This document shows, piece by piece, positions 1-9,391 of a DNA stretch of 44,316 bases (position 1 is the first letter of the stretch; every line of letters starts with the position of its first letter). The notes under the pieces were generated by a model, which was given only the letters and a program-made list of their open reading frames with translations, did no database searches and was not told where the DNA came from. Origin of the DNA: Gemmatimonadota bacterium. GTDB taxonomy: Bacteria; Gemmatimonadota; Gemmatimonadetes; Palauibacterales; KS3-K002. The position numbers and the translations under genes are program-made. The DNA lies in assembly GCA_039586795.1 (NCBI GenBank), contig JBDHJS010000041.1:1-44316 (forward strand). Reading direction: 5' to 3'.

Positions 1-2
1 AG

Positions 3-587
3 AAGTCGCAGCGGATAGCAGAGGTGGTATTGGGCTCGGCGCGGCCGTTCGAGTTCATGCTGGGCAAGGTGATGGGTGGGCTGGGCGTCGCACTGACGGC
101 GGCCACGGTGTACATCGCGGCTGGAGTGATCGCCATCAGCCAGGCGGGCTGGGGGGAGCATATCCCGTTCCACGTCCTGCCGTGGTTCTTCACCTACACT
201 CTGGTTGCTACGGTGATGTTGGGATCGATGTATGCGGCGATCGGCTCGTTGTGCAACGATCCGTCGGAGGCGCAGAATGTGATGTTTCCGGTGATGTTGC
301 CGATGATGATCCCGATGTTTGTGCTGGTACCGGTGGTGAAGGAGCCTGAGAGCGCGTTCGCGGTGGGGATGTCGTTGTTCCCGCTTTTCACCCCGATGTT
401 GATGCTGATTCGGCAGACGGTGTTGGAGGGACTTCCGCTCTGGCAGCCGGTGGTGGCGCTGACGGGGATGATTATGTTCACGACGTTCACGGTCTGGGCG
501 GGTGGTCGGGTTTTCCGGGTCGCGATTCTGCTGCAAGGGACCCCGCCGAAGCTCGGGAACCTTGTCCGCTGGGCGGTTAGGGGATAG
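3..587 (+). CDS. ABC-2 type transporter permease (NatB/YhaP-like), 5'-truncated by window edge
   Basis: Frame is open from base 3 (KSQRIAEVVLGS...MLGKVMG), matching the permease 'RIxEVLLSS...GK' motif; several TM helices; 'SLFPLFTPMLMLIR' typical C-terminal segment. Confidence 0.85.
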   Translation, partial: KSQRIAEVVLGSARPFEFMLGKVMGGLGVALTAATVYIAAGVIAISQAGWGEHIPFHVLPWFFTYTLVATVMLGSMYAAIGSLCNDPSEAQNVMFPVMLPMMIPMFVLVPVVKEPESAFAVGMSLFPLFTPMLMLIRQTVLEGLPLWQPVVALTGMIMFTTFTVWAGGRVFRVAILLQGTPPKLGNLVRWAVRG

Positions 588-597
588 ACCAGTTCGT

Positions 598-625
598 ATT
601 CGTACTCGAGATCCCGAGTACGAAT
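598..625. terminator. Hairpin between convergent genes (probable bidirectional terminator/processing stem)
   Basis: ATTCGTACTCG-agatcc-CGAGTACGAAT, perfect 11-bp inverted repeat between stops at 587 and 637; no strong U-tract. Confidence 0.5.
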
Positions 626-636
626 GGTGGTCGCCG

Positions 637-1761
637 TCAGATGGGGGCGCTAAGGCGGCGGGGGCAACCGGGGAGCGCCTGTTCCGCAGCGACGAAATCG
701 GCGGGGAGCGTCTCGATGCACGTCGCGGGGTCACAGCACGTATGACAGACCCGCTTAAACGCGTGAAAGCCAAGCAGTTCGATATCGGGCGACAGAAATC
801 CCTCCTTCACAGGCTCCTCACCCATCAAGTCGGTGCTGATGTACTTCTTGTTCGAGTCGGGGAAGACGGTTACGACATTCTCGGCCCCGGTCTCTGCCAG
901 CACCTTCACGGCGCCCAGGAAGTTCGCGCCGGATGAGATGCCGACGCCGATTCCCAGCTCGCCGGCCAATCGCTGGGCCATGATGATTGCGTCACCGTCA
1001 TCGACATCGATGACCTCGTCGAGAGCGTTCAGGTCGACGATTGGGGGGATGAACTCATCGGAGATCCCCTGGATGCGATGCTTACCCACCTTGTGGCCCG
1101 TCGACATCGTCGGCGAGTTAGAGGGTTCCAGCGGATAGAGTTTGATGTTGGGGTTCATTTGTCTGAGGAAGCGGCCGGTTCCCATCACGGTGCCGCCGGT
1201 TCCGACGCCGGCCACGAACGCGGCGGGCGTCAGGTCGCGGAAACGCATCTGCCACCAGATCTCGGGGCCGGTCGTCGTCTCGTGGGCCTCGCTGTTGTCT
1301 TCGTTCGAGAATTGGCGGGGAAGAAACGACGCCGCGGATGAGCCGGCGAGCGCTTCCGCCTTCTCGATACTTCCGAGGAAGCCGCCCTTTTCTTTGCTGA
1401 CCAGGTTGATCTGCGCGCCGAGGCTCCTGATGAGGTTGATACGCTCTTGACTCATCCAGTCGGGCATGAAGATCGTCACCGGATGACCCATCGCCCGGCC
1501 GATGGCCGAGATGGAAATGCCGGTATTGCCGCTGGTCGCCTCGACGATGAGATCACCAGGCTCGAGAGCGCCCTTCATGTAGGCCTGCTCGATGATGTGG
1601 ACAGCCATGCGATCCTTGATGCTGCCCGTCATGTTGAGGTTCTCCGCCTTGGCGTACAACACGTGCTGCTCTCCCCGGTACTTGAAGTCGACGGCGAGGA
1701 GGGGCGTGTTGCCGACCATGGTACGCAAGCCATGAATCCGCCGTTTGATGTTCTGCTCCAC
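637..1761 (-). CDS. PLP-dependent cysteine synthase family protein with Cys-rich C-terminal tail
   Basis: NMTGSIKDR (PLP Lys), [21 protein letters not shown] and GISSGAN motifs of the CysK/CysM/CBS family. Confidence 0.9.
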   Translation of the reverse strand: MEQNIKRRIHGLRTMVGNTPLLAVDFKYRGEQHVLYAKAENLNMTGSIKDRMAVHIIEQAYMKGALEPGDLIVEATSGNTGISISAIGRAMGHPVTIFMPDWMSQERINLIRSLGAQINLVSKEKGGFLGSIEKAEALAGSSAASFLPRQFSNEDNSEAHETTTGPEIWWQMRFRDLTPAAFVAGVGTGGTVMGTGRFLRQMNPNIKLYPLEPSNSPTMSTGHKVGKHRIQGISDEFIPPIVDLNALDEVIDVDDGDAIIMAQRLAGELGIGVGISSGANFLGAVKVLAETGAENVVTVFPDSNKKYISTDLMGEEPVKEGFLSPDIELLGFHAFKRVCHTCCDPATCIETLPADFVAAEQALPGCPRRLSAPI

Positions 1762-1957
1762 CGGCTATCCCTTTGTGCTCTAATTGGTTGCGCTTGTTGG
1801 GGAGTGCCGGCCTGCCGACCGGCTACCCTGAAGTTAAGGACGAGTGGCGGGTCCCGGCAAATCGCCCGCTCGGTCGGAGCGCGGCAGCGCGTCACTGACG
1901 AAAGTAGTGGATGCCGGATGGCGGAATCGTTATTAATGGTGTGGGAGCGATAGAGAT

Positions 1958-2785
1958 ATGGACACACCGGATGTGCGTATGCCAGCCGTTGCCGGTCGGT
2001 TCTACCCGGCACGCCCCGAAAAGCTGAGCGGACTGGTCGAGGGCTACCTCGCGGACGTGGATGACGCGCGCCGCCGCGTCATGGGCGCGATCGTGCCTCA
2101 CGCCGGCCTCATCTATTCCGGTGCCTGCGCGGCCCAGGTGTTCGGCCGCCTGAGCGTGCCGCAGGTGATCGTGATACTGGCGCCAAATCATACCGGGCTG
2201 GTGGGAGCGCCCGGCGGGGCGAGTGTTTGGGGGCGCGGCGCGTTCGAGACGCCACTCGGTCAAGTTCCGATTGCGGAAGGCTTCGCGACGGCGTTGATGT
2301 CGGTGTGCGAGCTGACGCAGCACGATCCGGATGCGCACCGTAACGAGCACGCGATCGAGGTCGAGCTTCCGTTTATACGGACCGTGGCGCCCGACGCGGA
2401 GATCGTTCCGATCGTGCTTGCCTGGGACGACTGGGATCGGTCGAAGCAATTAGCGGAGGCGTTGGCATCGACGATAAGAGAGTGGCCGGAAGATGTGCTA
2501 CTCCTGGCCTCGTCCGACATGTCGCATTTCGAGTCGGCCGTATTTGCTGAAGAGAAAGACTCGCTGGCGCTCGGTGCGATCGAGAAGCTGGATGCTCAGG
2601 ACCTGCTTGCCAAGTGCGCGAGCGAACATATCACGATGTGTGGACGGGGGCCGGCCGCGGTGGTTATCGAGGCGTCACGTGAGCTGGGCGCGACGAAGGC
2701 GGAAGTCGTCGATTACCGGCACAGTGGGCTGGTGACGGGTGATGATTTGAGCGTCGTGGCATACGCTGGTGTGATCATTCACTGA
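1958..2785 (+). CDS. amrB: AmmeMemoRadiSam system protein B (MEMO1 family)
   Basis: RxPAVAGxFYP, PHAGxxYSG, PNH, EHxIEVxLPF, SSDMSH, TMCG and VxYA motifs. Confidence 0.92.
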   Translation: MDTPDVRMPAVAGRFYPARPEKLSGLVEGYLADVDDARRRVMGAIVPHAGLIYSGACAAQVFGRLSVPQVIVILAPNHTGLVGAPGGASVWGRGAFETPLGQVPIAEGFATALMSVCELTQHDPDAHRNEHAIEVELPFIRTVAPDAEIVPIVLAWDDWDRSKQLAEALASTIREWPEDVLLLASSDMSHFESAVFAEEKDSLALGAIEKLDAQDLLAKCASEHITMCGRGPAAVVIEASRELGATKAEVVDYRHSGLVTGDDLSVVAYAGVIIH

Positions 2786-2800
2786 CCAGGCCGAGAGCGA

Positions 2801-3121
2801 ATGAGGAAGTATCACCATATCGGTATCCCTACAACGGTCGCTCGTGAGAACGAGACGTACCTGCCCGAGTTCGGAATGTACGTGTCGGGCTACGAGGATA
2901 GCGCTTACGGGATCGAGTGGATGCGATTCGAACCGGACAGCCCGCTACCGGAGCTGGTGAAGACGGTCCCGCACGTTGCGTTTGAGGTCGACGACCTCGA
3001 GACCGAGCTGCGCGGACAGGAGATCCTCATCGAACCGAATAGTCCATCGGAGGGAATCGTTGTGGCGTTCATCATCTCGGACGGGGCGCCAGTAGAGTTT
3101 CTGCAATATCGACCGACCTAG
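2801..3121 (+). CDS. Small VOC/glyoxalase-like hypothetical protein
   Basis: YHHIGIP at N-terminus, PHVAFEVDDL, terminal G-A-P-V-E-F pattern resembling the VOC fold. Confidence 0.65.
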   Translation: MRKYHHIGIPTTVARENETYLPEFGMYVSGYEDSAYGIEWMRFEPDSPLPELVKTVPHVAFEVDDLETELRGQEILIEPNSPSEGIVVAFIISDGAPVEFLQYRPT

Positions 3122-3219
3122 AGACGGTAGTGGATGAGGGCCGCTGAGCGGAGCTGGGCTGGGGGAGCGCGCTGTTGCCTCGCACTCGCCAGTCAGGCCC
3201 GCAGCGGTTAACCTACCGC

Positions 3220-4434
3220 ATGCCAGCAGATACGCCGGCCGCACCGTCGGCTCACGGCGAGCGGCTTCTTCTCAGAGATCCCAACCTCCACGTCATCTTC
3301 GGCGTCACGCTGATGGCGGTGCTGGGTGTTTCCAGTATTACGCCAGCGTTTCCGCAGATCGCGGACGCCCTCAACCTGATGCCTAGCCAGGTCGGTCTGC
3401 TGGTCGCCATCTTCACGCTTCCCGGCGCCACGCTGACACCGGTACTAGGTGTGTTCGGCGACCGGTTTGGCCGCAAGCGCGTTCTGGTTCCGTCGCTGGT
3501 GCTGTTCGCGCTAGCGGGGACGGCGTGCGGCTTCGCGCGCGACTTCCAGGTGCTGCTTGGGCTGCGTCTGCTACAAGGCCTCGGTGCGGCGGGGTTGGGC
3601 GCGCTGAACATCACGATCGTCGGCGATCTCTACTCGGGGTGGAAACGCGCCACGGTGATGGGGTTGAACGCCAGCGTGCTGAGCGTTGGGACGGCGCTGT
3701 ATCCGGCGATCGGTGGTATGCTGGCGCTGGTAGGGTGGTTCTACCCGTTCTTCCTGCCGATCCTCGCGCTGCCGGTTGCGCTTCTGGTTATGCGGCGGTT
3801 GAAGAACCCGGAGCCGTCGGTGGAGCAGAGCCTGGGTGATTATCTGAAGAACACGTGGATCAGTGTGAAGAACCCGCGAGCGCTCGGGCTATTTTTGGCC
3901 AGCCTGGTAACCTTCGTGATCCTGTATGGCGCTTACCTGACGTACCTGCCGTTCCTCGTGAAGAGCAGCTTCGGGGCCTCGCCGTTGCTGATCGGGATGT
4001 TGTTCTCTGTCACATCTGTGGCGACGGCGATCACATCGTTTCGGTTGGGACGACTTGCACGACGGTTCTCGTCGCGGAAGTTGGTGAATGCTGGTTTCGT
4101 TCTTTACGCGCTAACGATGCTGGCGCTTCCGCTGGCGCCGACGCTTTGGGCTCTGCTGTTTCCCATCATCGCGTTCGGCGTGGCGAACGGGATCGCCATC
4201 CCGAGTATCCTGAACATTCTCACCGGACTGGCTCCGGCCGAGTATCGTGCGGCGTTCATGTCGGTCAACGCGATGATCCTCAGGATGGGACAGACTTTGG
4301 GCCCCTTGTTCGCGGGCGCACTGCTGCAGCTGCGTATCGTCCCGGGACTCTATTCTGGCGCTTACTATGGTAGCGCCGTCCTGGCTGTCGCCACGCTGGG
4401 CGTCATCAGTACGGTGGTGAAATCGGAGGCTTGA
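3220..4434 (+). CDS. MFS transporter
   Basis: About 12 hydrophobic segments; motif A 'GVFGDRFGRKRV'; ATG at 3220 chosen over upstream TTG. Confidence 0.9.
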   Translation: MPADTPAAPSAHGERLLLRDPNLHVIFGVTLMAVLGVSSITPAFPQIADALNLMPSQVGLLVAIFTLPGATLTPVLGVFGDRFGRKRVLVPSLVLFALAGTACGFARDFQVLLGLRLLQGLGAAGLGALNITIVGDLYSGWKRATVMGLNASVLSVGTALYPAIGGMLALVGWFYPFFLPILALPVALLVMRRLKNPEPSVEQSLGDYLKNTWISVKNPRALGLFLASLVTFVILYGAYLTYLPFLVKSSFGASPLLIGMLFSVTSVATAITSFRLGRLARRFSSRKLVNAGFVLYALTMLALPLAPTLWALLFPIIAFGVANGIAIPSILNILTGLAPAEYRAAFMSVNAMILRMGQTLGPLFAGALLQLRIVPGLYSGAYYGSAVLAVATLGVISTVVKSEA

Positions 4435-4556
4435 ACTGGCGCACTCGAAGTGGCCGATGTCGTCTGGATAGGCATCAAGCATTCCCTTAACTTGCTGTTG
4501 CGTCAGAGGTTCCGTAGAGATCGGTGGGTCTGTGAAATGGAGGGTCGTGGAAGCGG

Positions 4557-5852
4557 ATGCCAATCACCTATCAGATCGATAAAGGTTCTGGGATCGTGCG
4601 GGCCGTGGCCCGAGGCGATGTAGGTCTGGAAGAAGAGCGCCGCTGCCTAGAGGCGTTTCTTCGCGACCCTGACCACAAGCCGGGGTTCGGGATACTGCTG
4701 GACAATCGTGAGCGAGGACTACCGTCTTCCTCGGACCAGGTTCGGGGGATGGCGGAAGCCTTCGACGCGCACCGTGAGAAGGTTGGCGAAGCGCGCATGG
4801 CGATCGTCGTCTCGCGGGAAGTGTCGTTGGGGCTGGCCCGGATGTTCGCGCTGCTCACCGAAGATGCATCGATCCATACGGAGGCGTTCCGCGACATAAA
4901 TGAGGCGGAAGCCTGGCTGCGCGGCCAGGAACGGCTGCCGCTCGATGCTCGAGAGGTGGAAAACGGTCCGCGGGAGATGCTGGTGGCGACCGACGACGGG
5001 ACGCGGCTGTTCTGTCGGACGCTGGGCGAAGGCGAGCCGACGGTGGTCATACCGATGGCGACGTACCACGGGGATCGACTCGACGATCTGGCGGAGAGAT
5101 TCCGAGTGGTTCTGTACGACCCCCGAGGCCGGGGGCGCTCGGATGCCGTTTCGCCGTCCAAAGTCTCGATGGAGGGGTTGCTGCTCGACCTGGAGACGAT
5201 CCGCAAAGCGGTGGGCGCGGATGACATGGCGTTGATCGGTTGGTCGAGCCTTGGCATGGAGATGTTCGTGTACGCGCTGAGGCAGCCGGGTCGGGTCAAG
5301 CGGCTCGTCCAGCTCGCCCCCATTCCGCCGCGCCGCGATCCTTACGTGGAACAGATGATCAAAGACCGCGATGATCGAACGGATACGTCGGCGCTGGAGG
5401 TATTGGAGGAGCGGCGACAGGCAGGCGAATTCGGCGAAGCGCCGGCAGAGTTGTGTCGCGCCGTGAACCGGCTGGTCTGGCCTGCGATGTTCGCGGATCC
5501 GAAGAAGGCGCAGGACGTCCCGGACGTCTGCTTCTATCCGAACGAGTGGCCGATCAGCCTCGGTCCCTATCTAGAAGTTCTTCTGGATTCGTACGGTGAT
5601 TACGACTGGCGGCCGCACCTCGGGTCGGTGGAAATCCCGCGGCTGGTGATTCACGGCGCGAAGGACAACGTTCCGTTCGGCGCCAGCCGGGAGTGGGTCG
5701 CGGGACAGAGCGATGCCCGGCTGCTGGTGGTCGAGGATGCGGGACATTGGCCTCATTATGAGAGTCCGGATTCGGTATTGGGTGCTATTAAGGAGTTCCT
5801 TGGTGGGGAGTGGCCGGAGGGGAGTGAGGTGGTGGGGTTGAGAGGGGGGTGA
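4557..5852 (+). CDS. Fusion: N-terminal SpoIIAA/STAS-like domain plus alpha/beta hydrolase
   Basis: N-terminal ~125 aa with 'LLDNR...AIVV...GLARMF...FRDINEAEAWL'; hydrolase part has YDPRGRGRS, GWSSLG elbow, LVIHGAKD, AGHWPHYE. Confidence 0.75.
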   Translation: MPITYQIDKGSGIVRAVARGDVGLEEERRCLEAFLRDPDHKPGFGILLDNRERGLPSSSDQVRGMAEAFDAHREKVGEARMAIVVSREVSLGLARMFALLTEDASIHTEAFRDINEAEAWLRGQERLPLDAREVENGPREMLVATDDGTRLFCRTLGEGEPTVVIPMATYHGDRLDDLAERFRVVLYDPRGRGRSDAVSPSKVSMEGLLLDLETIRKAVGADDMALIGWSSLGMEMFVYALRQPGRVKRLVQLAPIPPRRDPYVEQMIKDRDDRTDTSALEVLEERRQAGEFGEAPAELCRAVNRLVWPAMFADPKKAQDVPDVCFYPNEWPISLGPYLEVLLDSYGDYDWRPHLGSVEIPRLVIHGAKDNVPFGASREWVAGQSDARLLVVEDAGHWPHYESPDSVLGAIKEFLGGEWPEGSEVVGLRGG

Positions 5853-5912
5853 GGGGTGAGGAGTAGGGGGTAGGTGGGTGGTGAGTGGTAGACGGTCGAC
5901 GGTAGACGGTGG

Positions 5913-7379
5913 ATGGTGATCATGAAAGTTAGAGTGATTCGGTCATTTGTGACTTTGGTTTCGGTGATTTTGGGTGGTGGTTTGGTTTTGGCGCTGGGTG
6001 GCGCTGGTCGGCAGGAGTTGGTGTTCGATAGGTATTTCGCCGATGGGACTATGCGTGTGGATTACTTTCACACGGGCGACGCTTCGCATGAGATCATTAG
6101 TTTGGATCGAGTGGTTTCGGATGGCGCTTGGGCGGGGAGCAGGAGCCGACTGATCGATGATACTTATCTGGGCAAGTATTACTTCGAGGTCTACGATGTA
6201 GACAGTGGAGATCTTCTGTACTCGCGTGGGTTCTCCTCTATTTACGGTGAGTGGGAGACGACAGGTGAGGCGCGGGAGGTGTACCGCACTTTCCACGAGT
6301 CTTTGCGATTTCCGTGGCCGCAACGACCGGTCAGAGTCGTGCTGCAGAAGCGGGTCGAAGATCACGGCTTCAACGAAATCTGGTCAACGGAGATCGATCC
6401 CGAGGCTCGATCCATTAATCCGGCGAACCTCCCGCCATTGGGCGAGGTGTGGGCGCTGTTTGAGCACGGACCACCGGAGGAGAAGGTGGACCTCGTCATT
6501 CTGGGTGAGGGCTACACTGAGGAGGAGCTGCCGAAGTTCCACGCCGATGCGGAGCGGTTGGTCGGCGAGCTGTTCGACAGGGAGCCATTCAAGAGTCGGA
6601 AGTCCGATTTCAACGTACGGGCGATTGATCTACCGGCGGCGGAATCGGGTGTGAGCCGCCCACATGGCGGCAAGTTCAGGCGGAATCCTGTGGCGACCCA
6701 GTACAGCATCTTCGACTCTGAGCGTTACGTGCTGACGTACGACAACCGTACGCTGCGCGATGTGCTTTCGGCGGCGCCCTATGATTTTGTAGCGATTCTG
6801 GTGAACGAAGCCCAGTACGGCGGAGGTGGAATCTACAATTTCCAGGCGACGTCGTCGGTGGACTCCGAGTTTTCGGATTATGTCTTCGTGCACGAGTTTG
6901 GCCATCACTTCGCCTCGCTCGCGGATGAGTACTACACATCGCCGGTCGCTTACGAGACGGGTGATGTCGAGCGGGCCGAGCCGTGGGAACCCAACGTTAC
7001 GGCGCTTCATGATCCGGAGAACCTCAAGTGGGGTGACCTGGTGGAAGGGGGAACGCCCTTGCCGACGCCGTGGGGCAAGCAGGAGTTCGAAGCCCAGGCG
7101 CGCGAGATTCTCGAACGGCGAATCGAGTTGATCGAGACACGGGCTCCAGAAGCCGAGTTTGACGCGCTATTCCGCGAGCAGCAGGGGATCGATACTAACC
7201 TGCTTCACTCGATGGAGTTCTACGGCAAGGTGGGTGCGTTCGAGGGCGCCTCGTACGAGGCGCGTGGGCTGTACCGTTCCGAGATCGACTGCATCATGTT
7301 CACGCGGAACGAGGTGGGTTTCTGTCGCGTCTGTAGCCGGGCGATCGAGCGAATCATCGATCTATACGCGACGCGGTAG
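5913..7379 (+). CDS. Secreted M64 family metallopeptidase (IgA peptidase-like)
   Basis: Signal-like N-terminus (alternative ATG 5922); TMRVDYFHTG N-domain, GEGYT, YGGGG, HEFGH zinc motif, C-terminal CIM...FCRVC. Confidence 0.9.
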   Translation: MVIMKVRVIRSFVTLVSVILGGGLVLALGGAGRQELVFDRYFADGTMRVDYFHTGDASHEIISLDRVVSDGAWAGSRSRLIDDTYLGKYYFEVYDVDSGDLLYSRGFSSIYGEWETTGEAREVYRTFHESLRFPWPQRPVRVVLQKRVEDHGFNEIWSTEIDPEARSINPANLPPLGEVWALFEHGPPEEKVDLVILGEGYTEEELPKFHADAERLVGELFDREPFKSRKSDFNVRAIDLPAAESGVSRPHGGKFRRNPVATQYSIFDSERYVLTYDNRTLRDVLSAAPYDFVAILVNEAQYGGGGIYNFQATSSVDSEFSDYVFVHEFGHHFASLADEYYTSPVAYETGDVERAEPWEPNVTALHDPENLKWGDLVEGGTPLPTPWGKQEFEAQAREILERRIELIETRAPEAEFDALFREQQGIDTNLLHSMEFYGKVGAFEGASYEARGLYRSEIDCIMFTRNEVGFCRVCSRAIERIIDLYATR

Positions 7380-7387
7380 CCGAGTTC

Positions 7388-7744
7388 ATGCAGGGCAGGG
7401 GAGCGTACGCCCGAATCTACGAAATTGTCCGGCGTATCCCGCGCGGACGGGTTGCCACCTACGGCCAGGTAGCGGGGCTGGCAGGTCTGCCGGGTCATGC
7501 GCGACAGGTTGGATACGCACTTCACGCGCTCGTCGACGATGATGTTCCATGGCACAGGGTTATCAACGCGCAGGGGAAGGTGAGCCAGCGCTCAGATCCG
7601 GGCTGCGACGGCTACCAGCGTGAACTGCTGGAAGAGGAAGGTGTGGAGTTCAATGCGCGGGGACAGGTTCCGCTGGAGCGCTATCGTTGGGAGCCGCGCC
7701 CCTCGCGGACGAAACGTGGTAATCGACCGGTTCTCACAGACTAG
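7388..7744 (+). CDS. Alkyltransferase-like protein (ATL/YbaZ, MGMT family)
   Basis: IPRGRVATYGQVA, ARQVG, and PWHRV (Trp replacing the catalytic Cys of PCHRV, diagnostic of ATL). Confidence 0.9.
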   Translation: MQGRGAYARIYEIVRRIPRGRVATYGQVAGLAGLPGHARQVGYALHALVDDDVPWHRVINAQGKVSQRSDPGCDGYQRELLEEEGVEFNARGQVPLERYRWEPRPSRTKRGNRPVLTD

Positions 7745-7761
7745 CAAAGGTCAAGCGGGTT

Positions 7762-8076
7762 ATGGCAGACGTGGAAAGGCTGGAGAGCCTGATTGATTAT
7801 CAAGAGGGCTCGGTCGTTAGTCGAACGATCATCAAGAAGAAGACCGGAACCGTAACACTGTTCGCTTTTGATCAGGGCGAAGGCCTGAGCGAACACACGG
7901 CACCCTTCGACGCGCTGGTATATGTCGTTGATGGCAGCGCCCGGATCACGATTTCGGGTGACACGTTCGATGTGGCTGCCGGCGAAATGATTGTCATGCC
8001 TGCCGATGAACCCCACGCACTGCAGGCAATCGAGAAGTTCAAGATGGTCTTGACCATGATCAAGACGACGGACTGA
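7762..8076 (+). CDS. Cupin domain protein
   Basis: VTLFAFDQGEGLSEHTAPFDA and MPADEPHAL cupin motifs. Confidence 0.88.
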   Translation: MADVERLESLIDYQEGSVVSRTIIKKKTGTVTLFAFDQGEGLSEHTAPFDALVYVVDGSARITISGDTFDVAAGEMIVMPADEPHALQAIEKFKMVLTMIKTTD

Positions 8077-8110
8077 GCATTCCGTAGCGGGCGAAGGCCG
8101 CGACGCGAGT

Positions 8111-8443
8111 ATGAGACACCCGGACAGAACGCTGACATGGCGCATGATCGCGCGGGCAACAGTCATCTGGGTGGCGCTGCGGGTCGCCTCCATGGTTCCG
8201 AGCATCCCGGCTGCGCTCCGGGTCGCCCCTATGGCTCCGAGCGACGTGTTGACGGTTAGCCTCTATCTTACGGTTCTCATCATCGCCGTGACCGTTGCAC
8301 TGGTTACCCTGGATGGTCGGCGACGGAACGAGCACCTGTTCATGGCCAATCTCGGAGTGTCACTGCCCACGTTGATCACAGTCGCCGCTATCCCGCCGAC
8401 CGTGCTGGAGATCGCCCTGAGCATCGGCGTGCTACTATGGTAA
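8111..8443 (+). CDS. Small membrane protein (about 3 TM), probable partner of the downstream ABC ATPase
   Basis: Hydrophobic segments, 'RRRNEHLFMANLG' loop; overlaps the start of the ATPase gene. Confidence 0.6.
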   Translation: MRHPDRTLTWRMIARATVIWVALRVASMVPSIPAALRVAPMAPSDVLTVSLYLTVLIIAVTVALVTLDGRRRNEHLFMANLGVSLPTLITVAAIPPTVLEIALSIGVLLW

Positions 8444-9147
8444 GGTCGACCCTTTCCGCCGAGTCGATCCACAAATCGTTCGGCAGAAGAAGAGTGCTGG
8501 CGTCAGCCGGTCTCTGGGCCCGGCCGGGCACGATCATGGCTCTCATGGGCATCAATGGATCAGGCAAGACAACGTTGCTCAAAATCGCGGCGGGCTGGAT
8601 GAGGGCGGATCACGGCACCGTGATCTTCAAAGATCAGGCATTCGAACGGCCGCGGCTTCCAACACTGGCAGACCTGGGTCTCTTCTTCCTTCCCGACCGC
8701 AATCTGCTCTCTCTTACTGCCACGCTGCGTTGGCATTTCGCGGCGCTGAAAGAGCAGTTCCCCGCTGCGAATGTTGACGAGGCAACGGACGCGCTCGGCG
8801 TTGAACAACTGTTGAGGCGGAAGCCAAAGACCTTCTCCGGCGGGGAACGACGTCGTGCGGCGCTGGCTGTCGCCCTGGCCAGAGAACCGGACTGCCTGCT
8901 CGCCGATGAGCCCTTCCTCGATGCCGAGCCCTCCGACTCCGGAGCCCTGGCGGCCGCGTTTCGTACGCTGGCCGATCGTGGGTGCGCTGTCGTCATTGCG
9001 GGGCAAGAAGTACACGACTTGATGCGCGTCGCGGACGAGGTGGTCTGGATGAGGGCCGGCACCACGGAACACCTGGGAACGCCGGCGGATGCGCAGCAGA
9101 ACCGAGATTTCAAGCGCGAGTACTTGGGTCAGCGCACTGTGACATAG
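8437..9147 (+). CDS. ABC transporter ATP-binding protein (LptB-like)
   Basis: Walker A GINGSGKTT, signature FSGGERRR, Walker B LLADEP. Confidence 0.88.
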   Translation: MVRSTLSAESIHKSFGRRRVLASAGLWARPGTIMALMGINGSGKTTLLKIAAGWMRADHGTVIFKDQAFERPRLPTLADLGLFFLPDRNLLSLTATLRWHFAALKEQFPAANVDEATDALGVEQLLRRKPKTFSGGERRRAALAVALAREPDCLLADEPFLDAEPSDSGALAAAFRTLADRGCAVVIAGQEVHDLMRVADEVVWMRAGTTEHLGTPADAQQNRDFKREYLGQRTVT

Positions 9148-9315
9148 TTCACACCTGCCGATTCAGTTGGCTGGGTAGTCTCCAAACCGAGGTATTTCAA
9201 GCAGTTTCAGGCTGGATCGTTGCGCAGGTGCCACAAACGATGTGGCTCCGCGTGAGGAGATGTTCCAGTATCGGTTGGCACTACTGCACTTACAATCCTT
9301 GTGGCACAGCGTGAT

Positions 9316-9332
9316 CTGGTACACGGATTGCC
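9316..9332 (+). promoter_or_regulatory. Putative sigma54 (-24/-12) promoter
   Basis: cTGGTAC-acgga-TTGCc, GG-N10-GC spacing, one mismatch to TGGCAC-N5-TTGC; about 60 bp upstream of the operon start with SD AGGAG. Confidence 0.6.
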
Positions 9333-9391
9333 ACTCCAAACATCTGCACCCCGCCAGAACTCAGAACGAGTGAGAACGGGATTAGGAGAGG

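Noticed and set aside
7388..7744. Inactivated methyltransferase (Cys->Trp)
   Set aside because: PWHRV is the normal signature of the known ATL family
9240..9373. Short ORFs (MWLRVRRC..., MFQYRLAL...) as precursor peptides
   Set aside because: No properly spaced SD or recognisable leader, and they overlap the putative promoter; cannot be fully excluded
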